From: Candidatus Daviesbacteria bacterium
GTDB lineage: Bacteria > Patescibacteriota > Microgenomatia > Daviesbacterales > UBA10151
Length of the DNA: 64,000 nt
Direction of reading: 5' to 3'
Assembly: GCA_041690695.1 (NCBI GenBank)
Contig: JBEPVZ010000001.1
Coordinates: 14,943-78,942, forward strand
Shown: positions 46,611 to 54,677 of the stretch, in pieces
Position numbering within the stretch: the first letter of the stretch is position 1
How the letters are laid out: the number at the start of each line of letters is the position of its first letter
The notes under the pieces: model-generated
Databases searched by the model: none
Told to the model about the DNA's origin: nothing
What the model saw: only the letters and a program-made list of their open reading frames with translations
Program-made: the position numbers and the translations under genes

Positions 46611-47978
46611 ATGAACGAAGAAACTTTTGAAAAAGTAGTTGAGGCTCCGGCCATTGCCCTTGATCAAACGGTTGTCCAAACCAAAAAAGTCCTCGATGCA
46701 TTCGGGAGTGGCTTATATATTAAAAAAGCCAAGGCTTATTGGCATAATCTCGGCCCGGGTTTAACAACTGGTGCAGCTGATGATGATCCCTCCGGCATTG
46801 CGACTTATTCTCAGACCGGTGCCCAATACGGTTTTAATTTTTTATGGCTAGCGGCTTTTACTTTTCCGCTCATGTCGATTGTTCAAGAGATGTGTGCTCG
46901 AATTGGAATAGTGACTGGTCAAGGTTTAGCCGCTAATATTCGAATTCATTTTCCGAAGTGGGTTTTATATACCTGCACCCTGTTACTTTTTGCGGCCAAT
47001 ACTTTAAATATAGGGGCTGATTTAGGGGCGATGGCTAAAGCTAGTCAATTAATATTCCCTCAATTTAATTTTGGAGTTGCGGTTATTACCTTTACAGTCT
47101 TAAGTTTAGGTCTCCAAATTTTTACGACATATGAGCGCTATGCCAAATATTTAAAATATCTGGCCTTGATACTTTTATCATATGTTTTTTCAGCTATTAA
47201 CTTAAACTTGAATTGGGGAGAGTTATTGCAACATGCAGTTACTCCAACTTTTAGTTTTTCTAAAGATCAGATCTTTTTAGTCTGTGCTATTTTAGGTACA
47301 ACCATCTCGCCATATTTATTCTTTTGGCAAACCTCCCAAGAGGTTGAGCAACAAATTCTGGATGGTAAGACCACCTTAAAGTTGCGCCAGGAACAGACTA
47401 GCAAAAGAGAGATTAAAGATATGCGAATTGATGTTTGGTCAGGGATGTTTTTATCAAACTTAGTCATGTTCTTTATCATTACCGCTTGTGCCATTACCCT
47501 CTATGCTCATGGTATTACCAATATTAATACTGCCGAAGACGCCGCCAAAGCTCTTGAGCCCATTGCCGGACATGGAGCATTCTTGTTATTTGCCTTAGGT
47601 ATTATCGGTACAGGATTACTGGCCGTTCCAGTTCTAGCAGGTTCTGTCTCTTACGCCTTATCTGAAAGTTTGGGATGGAAGATGGGGCTTTACCGCAAAT
47701 TAAAATCCGCCTACTCATTTTATGGCGTGATTATGTTATCGATGTTTATTGGTTTATTTTTAAACTTTACCGGTCTTGATCCGATTAAAGTTTTAATTTA
47801 TTCAGCTGTCGGGAATGGATTGGTCGCACCGGTAATTTTAGCTTTAATCACCATTATCAGCAGTAAAAAATCAGTCATGGGACCTTGGGTTAACAAGCCA
47901 CTAACGACCGCTTTTGGCTGGCTGGTGACGGCAATTATGACTATTGTGGCTATTTTTGCTATAATGACATTCTTTTAA
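46611..47978 (+). CDS. NRAMP-family divalent metal transporter
   Basis: GPGLTTGAADDDPSGIATYSQ, LGTTISPYLFFWQ. Confidence 0.9.
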   Translation: MNEETFEKVVEAPAIALDQTVVQTKKVLDAFGSGLYIKKAKAYWHNLGPGLTTGAADDDPSGIATYSQTGAQYGFNFLWLAAFTFPLMSIVQEMCARIGIVTGQGLAANIRIHFPKWVLYTCTLLLFAANTLNIGADLGAMAKASQLIFPQFNFGVAVITFTVLSLGLQIFTTYERYAKYLKYLALILLSYVFSAINLNLNWGELLQHAVTPTFSFSKDQIFLVCAILGTTISPYLFFWQTSQEVEQQILDGKTTLKLRQEQTSKREIKDMRIDVWSGMFLSNLVMFFIITACAITLYAHGITNINTAEDAAKALEPIAGHGAFLLFALGIIGTGLLAVPVLAGSVSYALSESLGWKMGLYRKLKSAYSFYGVIMLSMFIGLFLNFTGLDPIKVLIYSAVGNGLVAPVILALITIISSKKSVMGPWVNKPLTTAFGWLVTAIMTIVAIFAIMTFF

Positions 47979-47980
47979 CG

Positions 47981-49240
47981 ATGGCTAAGTATCAAATTAT
48001 TGGCGGAAATAAGCTTAATGGCTCGGTCACAATCTCCGGGAATAAAAACTCGCTTTTTCCTTGTGTGGCAGCCTGTTTATTAACCAATCAACCAGTAGTT
48101 ATTAAAAACATCCCCGAATTTGCTGATGCGGCCGTTTTATTTGAAATTCTGAAACTGATCGGAGTTAGAGTTGAACAAGGTGCCGACTCCACAACTTTCA
48201 CCGCTGACCAATTAACAACTCATAAACTACCTGACGAGTTAATGGTTAAATTGAGAGGATCAGTCGTTTTAGTTGGGGGATTATTGGCTCGCTTTAAAAA
48301 GGCTGAATTTGTTCACCCAGGGGGAGATGTCATTGGCAAAAGAAGTATTGAGGCTCACTTATCTGGCTTTGAAGCTTTAGGATTTCGAGTTAAACGTTAT
48401 GATTTAAAAATTGGTGTTAATTCAGCCAGACGGGCTGCTCATGATATTGAATATTTCTTAGATGAAGCGTCAGTAACCGCCACTGAAAATCTAATTTTGA
48501 CTGCGGCAACGATGACTAGTAAAGTCACTTTAAAAAATTGTGCTAGTGAGCCACATATTATTGACTTATGCCAGATGCTAACTCAGATGGGGGTTAAAAT
48601 TGAAGGAATCGGTAGTTCAACTTTAATTATTACTGGTAAACAAAAACTAACGAGTACTGAATTTAGTCTTTGTCCAGATTATGTTGAGATCGGGACTTAT
48701 GCGGTGGCAGCAGCCATTACTGGTGGAGAAATTAGTCTTCAAAATTGTTCATCTAAAAATATTGAATCAGTTATTTATCCACTCCAAAAGATGGGCTTAA
48801 ATTTTCAAGAGATATCAGGGGGACTTAAAGTCTCGGCTCGAAATCTCCGGGCTATCCCAAAATTACACACCAACATCTGGCCAGGTTTTCCAACTGATTT
48901 AATGAGCGCGATTATTGTTTTAGCAACTCAGGCTAGGGGAGTTTCTCTCCTTCACGATTGGATGTACGAATCACGGTTCTTCTTTGTCGATAAATTAATT
49001 GCCATGGGCGCCAACATTACGATTGCCGATCCTCATCGGGTGGTGGTTTATGGACCGTCAAAATTAGTCGGCCGCCAACTTGAGACTCCTGATATCCGAG
49101 CGGGCATGGCCTTAGTCCTGGCAGCACTAGTTGCCAAAGGGGAGAGTATTATCAATCGGGCAGAGTTAATTGAAAGGGGTTACGTCAAAGTCGTCGAAAA
49201 CCTCCAAAATTTGGGAGCAAATATCCAAAGACTGGACTGA
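47981..49240 (+). CDS. murA: UDP-N-acetylglucosamine 1-carboxyvinyltransferase (Asp in place of the fosfomycin-target Cys)
   Basis: SGNKNS, PGGDVIGKRS, SVTATEN, PGFPTD, PDIRAG, IERGY. Confidence 0.95.
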   Translation: MAKYQIIGGNKLNGSVTISGNKNSLFPCVAACLLTNQPVVIKNIPEFADAAVLFEILKLIGVRVEQGADSTTFTADQLTTHKLPDELMVKLRGSVVLVGGLLARFKKAEFVHPGGDVIGKRSIEAHLSGFEALGFRVKRYDLKIGVNSARRAAHDIEYFLDEASVTATENLILTAATMTSKVTLKNCASEPHIIDLCQMLTQMGVKIEGIGSSTLIITGKQKLTSTEFSLCPDYVEIGTYAVAAAITGGEISLQNCSSKNIESVIYPLQKMGLNFQEISGGLKVSARNLRAIPKLHTNIWPGFPTDLMSAIIVLATQARGVSLLHDWMYESRFFFVDKLIAMGANITIADPHRVVVYGPSKLVGRQLETPDIRAGMALVLAALVAKGESIINRAELIERGYVKVVENLQNLGANIQRLD

Positions 49241-50010
49241 TGATTAAATACCAGCTAATTGGAGCAGCCTTCCTAATTCTAGTTATTATCTTTTTAGCGA
49301 TTACCTCACATAGCAATACTCTTAAACAAGTTTCAACAGTAACTTCATCACCATCGTCAAGTTCAACAACTTATCCTGCCGGCTCGCTTCAAGAGATACT
49401 TCACAATAATTGCCACTTAGCCAAACTTCAAAATTATGTTATTACCAACGGAGTCGCTATGGATAAATATTTAGCAATTGAGATTGATAAATTACCAGTT
49501 AACATTAAATCAAATCCAGCTCCAAGTGCGTCATGTTTTACCGAAGACTATGAAGATAGTATTAATGTCGATCGTGACATTAAAATAAACCATGAAGGGG
49601 TCAGTTTAGTTTTTTCAAAGGGTAGTATTGCTCTTCGAGATAATGACAGACCATTAATTGACGGAACTAATGGAGATCGCGGCTTAATTAAAACAACCAA
49701 CGATATTAATTACTATGCCAATATTGGAACAGGGGGTGATGGGGGATTTTATACGACTTATATCTATTGGTGGGGAGTTCGGGAGATTACTTTAAAAACA
49801 GGTGAGAAACTTTATGCAACTGCTAAAACCCAAGAGGGAGCACAGCGAATATATATTGCGAGTGATGACCACCCGCTTCCTACGTCATTACCAAATGTTG
49901 ATTCAAAAACTTTTCTAAAAACAACTGTTGAAAATTATTTTAAGGATCACCCCTTATCAAATAGCCAAACTCAACCGATAGAAGATCTCCTTAATTCAGT
50001 TTCAGACTAA
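49240..50010 (+). CDS. hypothetical membrane-anchored protein
   Basis: N-terminal TM followed by a Ser-rich linker. Confidence 0.6.
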   Translation: MIKYQLIGAAFLILVIIFLAITSHSNTLKQVSTVTSSPSSSSTTYPAGSLQEILHNNCHLAKLQNYVITNGVAMDKYLAIEIDKLPVNIKSNPAPSASCFTEDYEDSINVDRDIKINHEGVSLVFSKGSIALRDNDRPLIDGTNGDRGLIKTTNDINYYANIGTGGDGGFYTTYIYWWGVREITLKTGEKLYATAKTQEGAQRIYIASDDHPLPTSLPNVDSKTFLKTTVENYFKDHPLSNSQTQPIEDLLNSVSD

Positions 50011-50043
50011 CTAATAAACAGATTTAGAGTTATACTAATTATA

Positions 50044-51456
50044 ATGCTTCGTTCAGCTGCCATAATTATTTTATTGGTACTCAGCATTTTGGTCGGTCTG
50101 ATTGTTTGGAAACATCACAAGTTATCCTCTAGCTCAGTTCCGACCGGACAAACTTCAACTAACTCACCCTCCCAAGTAGCTGGTATGAACGGTTTTCCAG
50201 GGATTAGTTTAATTTATATCAACCCAACTGATATCAATCCAAATGCAAAGTCTTATCAGATGGCTGATTACGATGCTAAACGAAATCAGGTCATATTTTA
50301 TCCATACGGAGAACTTAGCCCAGTCGTTAACAACGGTATCTTACTAACATATAAAGTCGACCAGGATTTTACTAACCTCAGCAGCTGGCAAACAGCTGAC
50401 TTAAGTCAAATTATTAATAAAACAGCTGTCAACTTTGGTGGCGGATTTCTAGATGATGCTGATAATTATGCTTATCTGCCAGCTGGCCAAAAGACTGACA
50501 GAGCTCTCTCTAATACAGCCACGACAGTCCGAGTCAATCTGGCTAAAGAAGCTGTAAATCCAAACGATCCAAGTGCTTACGAGTCAATTGATTTAAGAAA
50601 TTTGCCTGGGATTCCAGCTACAGGCGGGTTTGCTGGGGTATTTGGTAATGGATACGCCTATTTTGCTCCAACCGTAGACACCAAGACAGGTGACTTTCAT
50701 GGAATTTTCACTAGGTATAATAGTGCAAAAAATTACTCTGATCCATCAGCTTGGGAATGGTATAACTTAAATAATATTACTAACCCTCCCGACCATGACT
50801 TAGGTGGCATGCAATCTTTATCTTACAAAGCTCCCTACGTCTACTTGATCCCATTTTTAAATGGCACTGTCGCTTCAAAAGGTCAAACAAAGCTTGCTAC
50901 CAAATTAATTCGCTTTGATACAACCGCTTCTGGTGGATTTACCTCAGCCTCTTCATACCAAGTATTTGACCTGGCAAAACTACCATTTCCGTCCTCGATT
51001 CTAGGCAAGTTAAAAGGGTTAACTGGTGGAGTGGTAGTTGGAAATCAGGTCGTCTTTGTGCCTTGGGGATCACGAGATTTAGAGCAAACCTCATCGGTGG
51101 CCTTAATTTTTGATACAACCAAGAATTTAAATGACACTAGTGCTTGGCAATATATTGATTTAACAACTATTAATTCTAAGGCTGGTGGCTATCAGTTTGG
51201 TTGGCTAGATAAAAATGGTTTTGTCTGGTTTGTGCCAACCCATAATTACAATATCAAGCCCGCTAATCCACCATTTGTAGTTTGGAATAGTAAATTGCCA
51301 TTCAATGATCCTAAATCGTGGACCTCATACCCAAGCCCTGAACGAATCTGGTCAACGGGAGCAGCTTATGATCCAACTACCAATACCGCTTGGCTATCGC
51401 CATATGGAGCAGTCGCGGTTTTAAGTGGAAACATTACTCAAGTTCAGGAAAAATAA
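50044..51456 (+). CDS. membrane-anchored repeat protein, probable beta-propeller
   Basis: N-terminal TM; about 6 repeats of G...Y.Y(F/L).P ... F.D.S(A/S)W...DL. Confidence 0.6.
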   Translation: MLRSAAIIILLVLSILVGLIVWKHHKLSSSSVPTGQTSTNSPSQVAGMNGFPGISLIYINPTDINPNAKSYQMADYDAKRNQVIFYPYGELSPVVNNGILLTYKVDQDFTNLSSWQTADLSQIINKTAVNFGGGFLDDADNYAYLPAGQKTDRALSNTATTVRVNLAKEAVNPNDPSAYESIDLRNLPGIPATGGFAGVFGNGYAYFAPTVDTKTGDFHGIFTRYNSAKNYSDPSAWEWYNLNNITNPPDHDLGGMQSLSYKAPYVYLIPFLNGTVASKGQTKLATKLIRFDTTASGGFTSASSYQVFDLAKLPFPSSILGKLKGLTGGVVVGNQVVFVPWGSRDLEQTSSVALIFDTTKNLNDTSAWQYIDLTTINSKAGGYQFGWLDKNGFVWFVPTHNYNIKPANPPFVVWNSKLPFNDPKSWTSYPSPERIWSTGAAYDPTTNTAWLSPYGAVAVLSGNITQVQEK

Positions 51457-52499
51457 TCTTTATCAACAATTTCGACAGATTGGTAGTTTTTTAAAGTTAA
51501 TTGATCAAATTTAAAATCAAAGATCTTTAATTTATCTTTAATCTTTTGATATTGCTCTTTAGAAATAATTCTGGGGGTAAAACCATCCATAGTTTTTTCT
51601 AAAATCCCTCGTCCAATCCAAAAGTCAACAGCTGAAGCATAGGTTGACCCTAAAGTAATCCAACGGCTAACATTATCGGGCGATAAGCCAAATGAGAAGC
51701 AAATTCCTAACCGGTTATCCTCAGTAAAATAATCACCCAAAAATTCAGCTCTAGCTTCGACATCATAATAAGCTAGTTCAATCAGTCGGGATTCAATCAT
51801 CTTTTTGTCTTTATCAGCCTCCGAAAGTACGGTTAAATCATCTTTACCATTCCAAAACACCGACCGTCGACTTCTTTTAAGTTCGAGCTCTTTTTGATCT
51901 TCAGTATATGTTTGCCATTTTTGCCACCTTTCAGGTAAAAGTTTTTCAACTTGTTCAATAATCTCTTCTTTATTACATTTATCGCCAACCCGAAAATATT
52001 TAATATTAAGATTAGCCGGTAAAGATTTCCGATAAACACTAAGTAGGGTGGAAAAAGCCTCCGAGTACTTTTCTAAAGCCTGATCTGGATAGTTATTCAT
52101 TCGGGGCAAGATCATATCTTCGGAGACAAACTCAATAACTACTCCAGGTTCATAAACAGCCAAAATAGGTGATACCCAGTCAGTTAGGAACTTCAAACTA
52201 AAAAGTTCAGCCCAGTCGGGCTCAGGATGAGATGGGTTCCAGTAATGCTTGTAGCCTCCGAAAGGAATCGTAAAATAAATTGGCTGATTCTGGTTAACCT
52301 TAGTGGTTATTTTGTCTTTGAACTCTTTAATGGTATCCGAATGTAACTTTTGCTTTCGAAATTTTTTGCGAAATAATTTTTGAAGAATGAAGTCAACTTT
52401 GTCCCGGTCCAAGACTTTCTGATCTTCATCAGTCAAATTGTAAGGTTGAAAAGTAGTTAGAAGTTTATTTAGATAATCTTCCGGATTTAGATCAGCCAT
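51444..52499 (-). CDS. hypothetical protein remotely resembling PvcA/Dit1 isocyanide synthases
   Basis: PIYFTIPFGGYK...PDWAELFSLKFL...ILAVYEPGVVIEFVSED parallels the PvcA pattern P..F.LPAFP.K..PD.AE..SL.FL...I...Y.PG..I...SD. Confidence 0.45.
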   Translation of the reverse strand: MADLNPEDYLNKLLTTFQPYNLTDEDQKVLDRDKVDFILQKLFRKKFRKQKLHSDTIKEFKDKITTKVNQNQPIYFTIPFGGYKHYWNPSHPEPDWAELFSLKFLTDWVSPILAVYEPGVVIEFVSEDMILPRMNNYPDQALEKYSEAFSTLLSVYRKSLPANLNIKYFRVGDKCNKEEIIEQVEKLLPERWQKWQTYTEDQKELELKRSRRSVFWNGKDDLTVLSEADKDKKMIESRLIELAYYDVEARAEFLGDYFTEDNRLGICFSFGLSPDNVSRWITLGSTYASAVDFWIGRGILEKTMDGFTPRIISKEQYQKIKDKLKIFDFKFDQLTLKNYQSVEIVDKDYFS

Positions 52500-52506
52500 A
52501 TTTTAG

Positions 52507-52577
52507 AGCCAGAGGTAAGCTTTGAACTTACATTTTTTGAATACAATCCAACAGTTTTACTATTAAACTACTCTGGC
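52507..52577 (-). pseudogene. decayed tRNA or tRNA-like element
   Basis: Acceptor GCCAGAG/CTCTGGC, D-stem GTTT/AAAC and T-arm GTAAG-TTCAAAG-CTTAC intact; anticodon arm imperfect (GTTGG-ATTGTAT-TCAAA); D-loop lacks GG. Confidence 0.65.
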
Positions 52578-52651
52578 AATAACTGAATTATATCAAGTTC
52601 GAAGATAGAAAAGATTTATATCGTTATAGGAAAGCAAGTCAGACTTGCCTA

Positions 52652-52674
52652 CTTCGCCCCGCTGAGCGAGACTC
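52652..52674 (-). repeat. short hairpin repeat, copy 2, 3 nt downstream of tRNA-Gly
   Basis: Minus strand GAGTCTCGCTCAGCGGGGCGAAG; matches 29149-29171. Confidence 0.65.
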
Positions 52675-52677
52675 TTG

Positions 52678-52749
52678 AGCGGAAGAGGGGACTTGAACCC
52701 CCGACATCCTCGTTGGCAACGAGGCACTCTACCACTGAGTTACTTCCGC
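52678..52749 (-). tRNA. tRNA-Gly(GCC)
   Basis: GCGGAAG...CCTCG-TTGCCAA-CGAGG...GGTTCAAGTCC...CTTCCGC-T. Confidence 0.95.
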
Positions 52750-52755
52750 ATACAG

Positions 52756-52828
52756 TGCCACAGGCAGGAATCGGACCCGCATAACTTGTTCTTCAGACAA
52801 GCGCCTTGACCAACTTGGCAACTGTGGC
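52756..52828 (-). tRNA. tRNA-Phe(GAA), atypical (T-loop TCCGATT)
   Basis: GCCACAG-TT-GCC AAGTTGGTCAA GGC-G-CTTGT-CTGAAGA-ACAAG-TTAT-GCGGG-TCCGATT-CCTGC-CTGTGGC-A. Confidence 0.8.
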
Positions 52829-53260
52829 ATTACTAACCCTATTATGTGTTCTTTGCCTATGACAATTAGCACAAACTAAATCACATTTAGCTATTTCTAA
52901 TTTAATCTTTTCAAAGTTCGATGTATTTCGTAAAGCCATCCACGAAATACTGTGTAATTTTTGGTCACCATCTCGATGATCAAAATCCATCACCCATGGA
53001 GGATATATTTTACCACAATCCAGGCATGGACGATTTTTAATTTCTTCAAGCCATCGTCTTCGCTCATTTTTATAACGAGCTTTTCTTAATAAAGCAAAGG
53101 CTAATTGGCGATCATGGTTCTGGTGATAATACTTACGTCCTCTATCTTTAAAACACTCTTTACATCGTTCGTAGTATTCACCAGCACGTTCTCCACTCTT
53201 CCGTTTATAGAATTGCTCAATACTAAACTGACAATCGCATTTTGAGCAGACTTTCTGCAT
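52793..53260 (-). CDS. HNH endonuclease with an N-terminal zinc finger
   Basis: CSKC...CKEC; PCLDCG...MDFDH...KCDLVCANCH. Confidence 0.85.
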   Translation of the reverse strand: MQKVCSKCDCQFSIEQFYKRKSGERAGEYYERCKECFKDRGRKYYHQNHDRQLAFALLRKARYKNERRRWLEEIKNRPCLDCGKIYPPWVMDFDHRDGDQKLHSISWMALRNTSNFEKIKLEIAKCDLVCANCHRQRTHNRVSNATVAKLVKALV

Positions 53261-53312
53261 GTGATCTGAGGCAAATTTTACGTTTTTTCACCTAAAAAGG
53301 CAACAACCGTGC

Positions 53313-53771
53313 TTAGAAACGTTTTGGAGACCGGGTGATAAACCAAAATAACTTTTGCCAGATATCACCAAAATAGATTATGTTAATTAAAACTAAGGTG
53401 ATAACCACGATCGCTTCATAACTAATCCGGGCATAGTATGAGTTATTAAGATGAAACCATAAACTAAATTCATCAAAAGTTAATCCCAGTCCAATCCCGA
53501 ATATAGCGGCCAGTTTACCCATATGTCTAGTCCTTGGTAAAACCATTCCTAAATAGCCCGAAATCGTCAGTAAAAAGATCCCATAATTTAAGTGATGAAC
53601 GTGAGTTTGGCCTAAAAATAGATATAAATCCGGTAAAATATCAGCATCAATTAGATAAACAACCGTTCGGGATAAGATAAATGTAAACAAAAAGACCACC
53701 AAGATAATAAAGGAAACTCCCCGTTGGTGGTTAGCAATAACATTTGTATAAATAGTTTTTAATAAATTCAT
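53313..53771 (-). CDS. integral membrane protein (HxHH...DE family)
   Basis: HVHHLNYGI, GLGLTFDEFSLW; start moved to ATG 53771 because the longer start is inside tRNA-Val. Confidence 0.7.
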   Translation of the reverse strand: MNLLKTIYTNVIANHQRGVSFIILVVFLFTFILSRTVVYLIDADILPDLYLFLGQTHVHHLNYGIFLLTISGYLGMVLPRTRHMGKLAAIFGIGLGLTFDEFSLWFHLNNSYYARISYEAIVVITLVLINIIYFGDIWQKLFWFITRSPKRF

Positions 53772-53782
53772 AATTTTTGAAG

Positions 53783-53858
53783 TGGTGGGCACTGAGGGAT
53801 TTGAACCCCCGACATCTTCAGTGTAAATGAAGCGCTCTACCAACTGAGCTAAGTGCCC
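53783..53858 (-). tRNA. tRNA-Val(TAC)
   Basis: GGGCACT...CTTCA-TTTACAC-TGAAG...GGTTCAAATCC...AGTGCCC-ACCA. Confidence 0.95.
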
Positions 53859-54005
53859 CTGAATGAGTTAATTCTATCAAACCAGTCCACGCTCAGCAAT
53901 GACAAGCCCTAAAAAAAACCTAGCAATTACTTAAAAAGCAATCCCTTGTGATGAAATTCAAAGCATACTATGATGAATTTAACCTGAAAAAAAGGCCTTA
54001 TTTTC

Positions 54006-54677
54006 GTGGATAAACTCAAATTAATTACTAAAACATCTCAATTTAAAATAGGTATGCTTGCAGCTTTGGCTGTGTTGTTAGTAGGTAGCTTAATAACTAA
54101 TATCTGGTTTTGGACAGAACTAAATAAAACAAAGCAAACTTTAAGCTCAAAAAGCATTCAATCGTCTCTAAATCAGCTGATGGAAGAGCATGTTGTACTA
54201 CTAGTAGAGAGTATTAAAACTACTAATAATCCAGCTGAATATCAAGCCAATACTAAACAGCTTGAGATGAATTCAACTGCCATTTCGGAATGGATTGGTC
54301 AAGTTTATGGTGAACCCGCCCAATATTCATTTCAGACTCTCTGGAGAGCCCAAATTAATGCCTATTTACAATATACCGTCGAAACTCAAGCTAAATCCAA
54401 AGACGCCGCGAAAGAGCTCCCAATTATGACCGCCTTCCCGGCGAATCTGACAAATTGGTTTGTTAAAATTAATCCCAAAACTCATCACGATAATCTCGAG
54501 CCATTACTAAGCTCATATGTCGGAATTACTAAGACGATTATTGACTCAACAGCGGTTTCTGATTTCACTAATATTTCAAGGCGCCAGCAAGATTTATCAA
54601 ATACCATGACTCAGATTGCCAATCTAATTTACCAAGATGCTTCGATCGCGTATCCCGATAAGCTAAAAACCAAATGA
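54006..54677 (+). CDS. membrane-anchored helical hypothetical protein
   Basis: N-terminal TM; L..EH...NS..I...IG.VYG...F..LW helical-bundle pattern; ATGA overlap with the next ORF. Confidence 0.6.
   Translation: MDKLKLITKTSQFKIGMLAALAVLLVGSLITNIWFWTELNKTKQTLSSKSIQSSLNQLMEEHVVLLVESIKTTNNPAEYQANTKQLEMNSTAISEWIGQVYGEPAQYSFQTLWRAQINAYLQYTVETQAKSKDAAKELPIMTAFPANLTNWFVKINPKTHHDNLEPLLSSYVGITKTIIDSTAVSDFTNISRRQQDLSNTMTQIANLIYQDASIAYPDKLKTK

Noticed and set aside
52793-53260. HNH gene as part of a group I intron in a tRNA
   Set aside because: tRNA-Phe and tRNA-Gly are uninterrupted, and no upstream exon half or intron core was recognisable.
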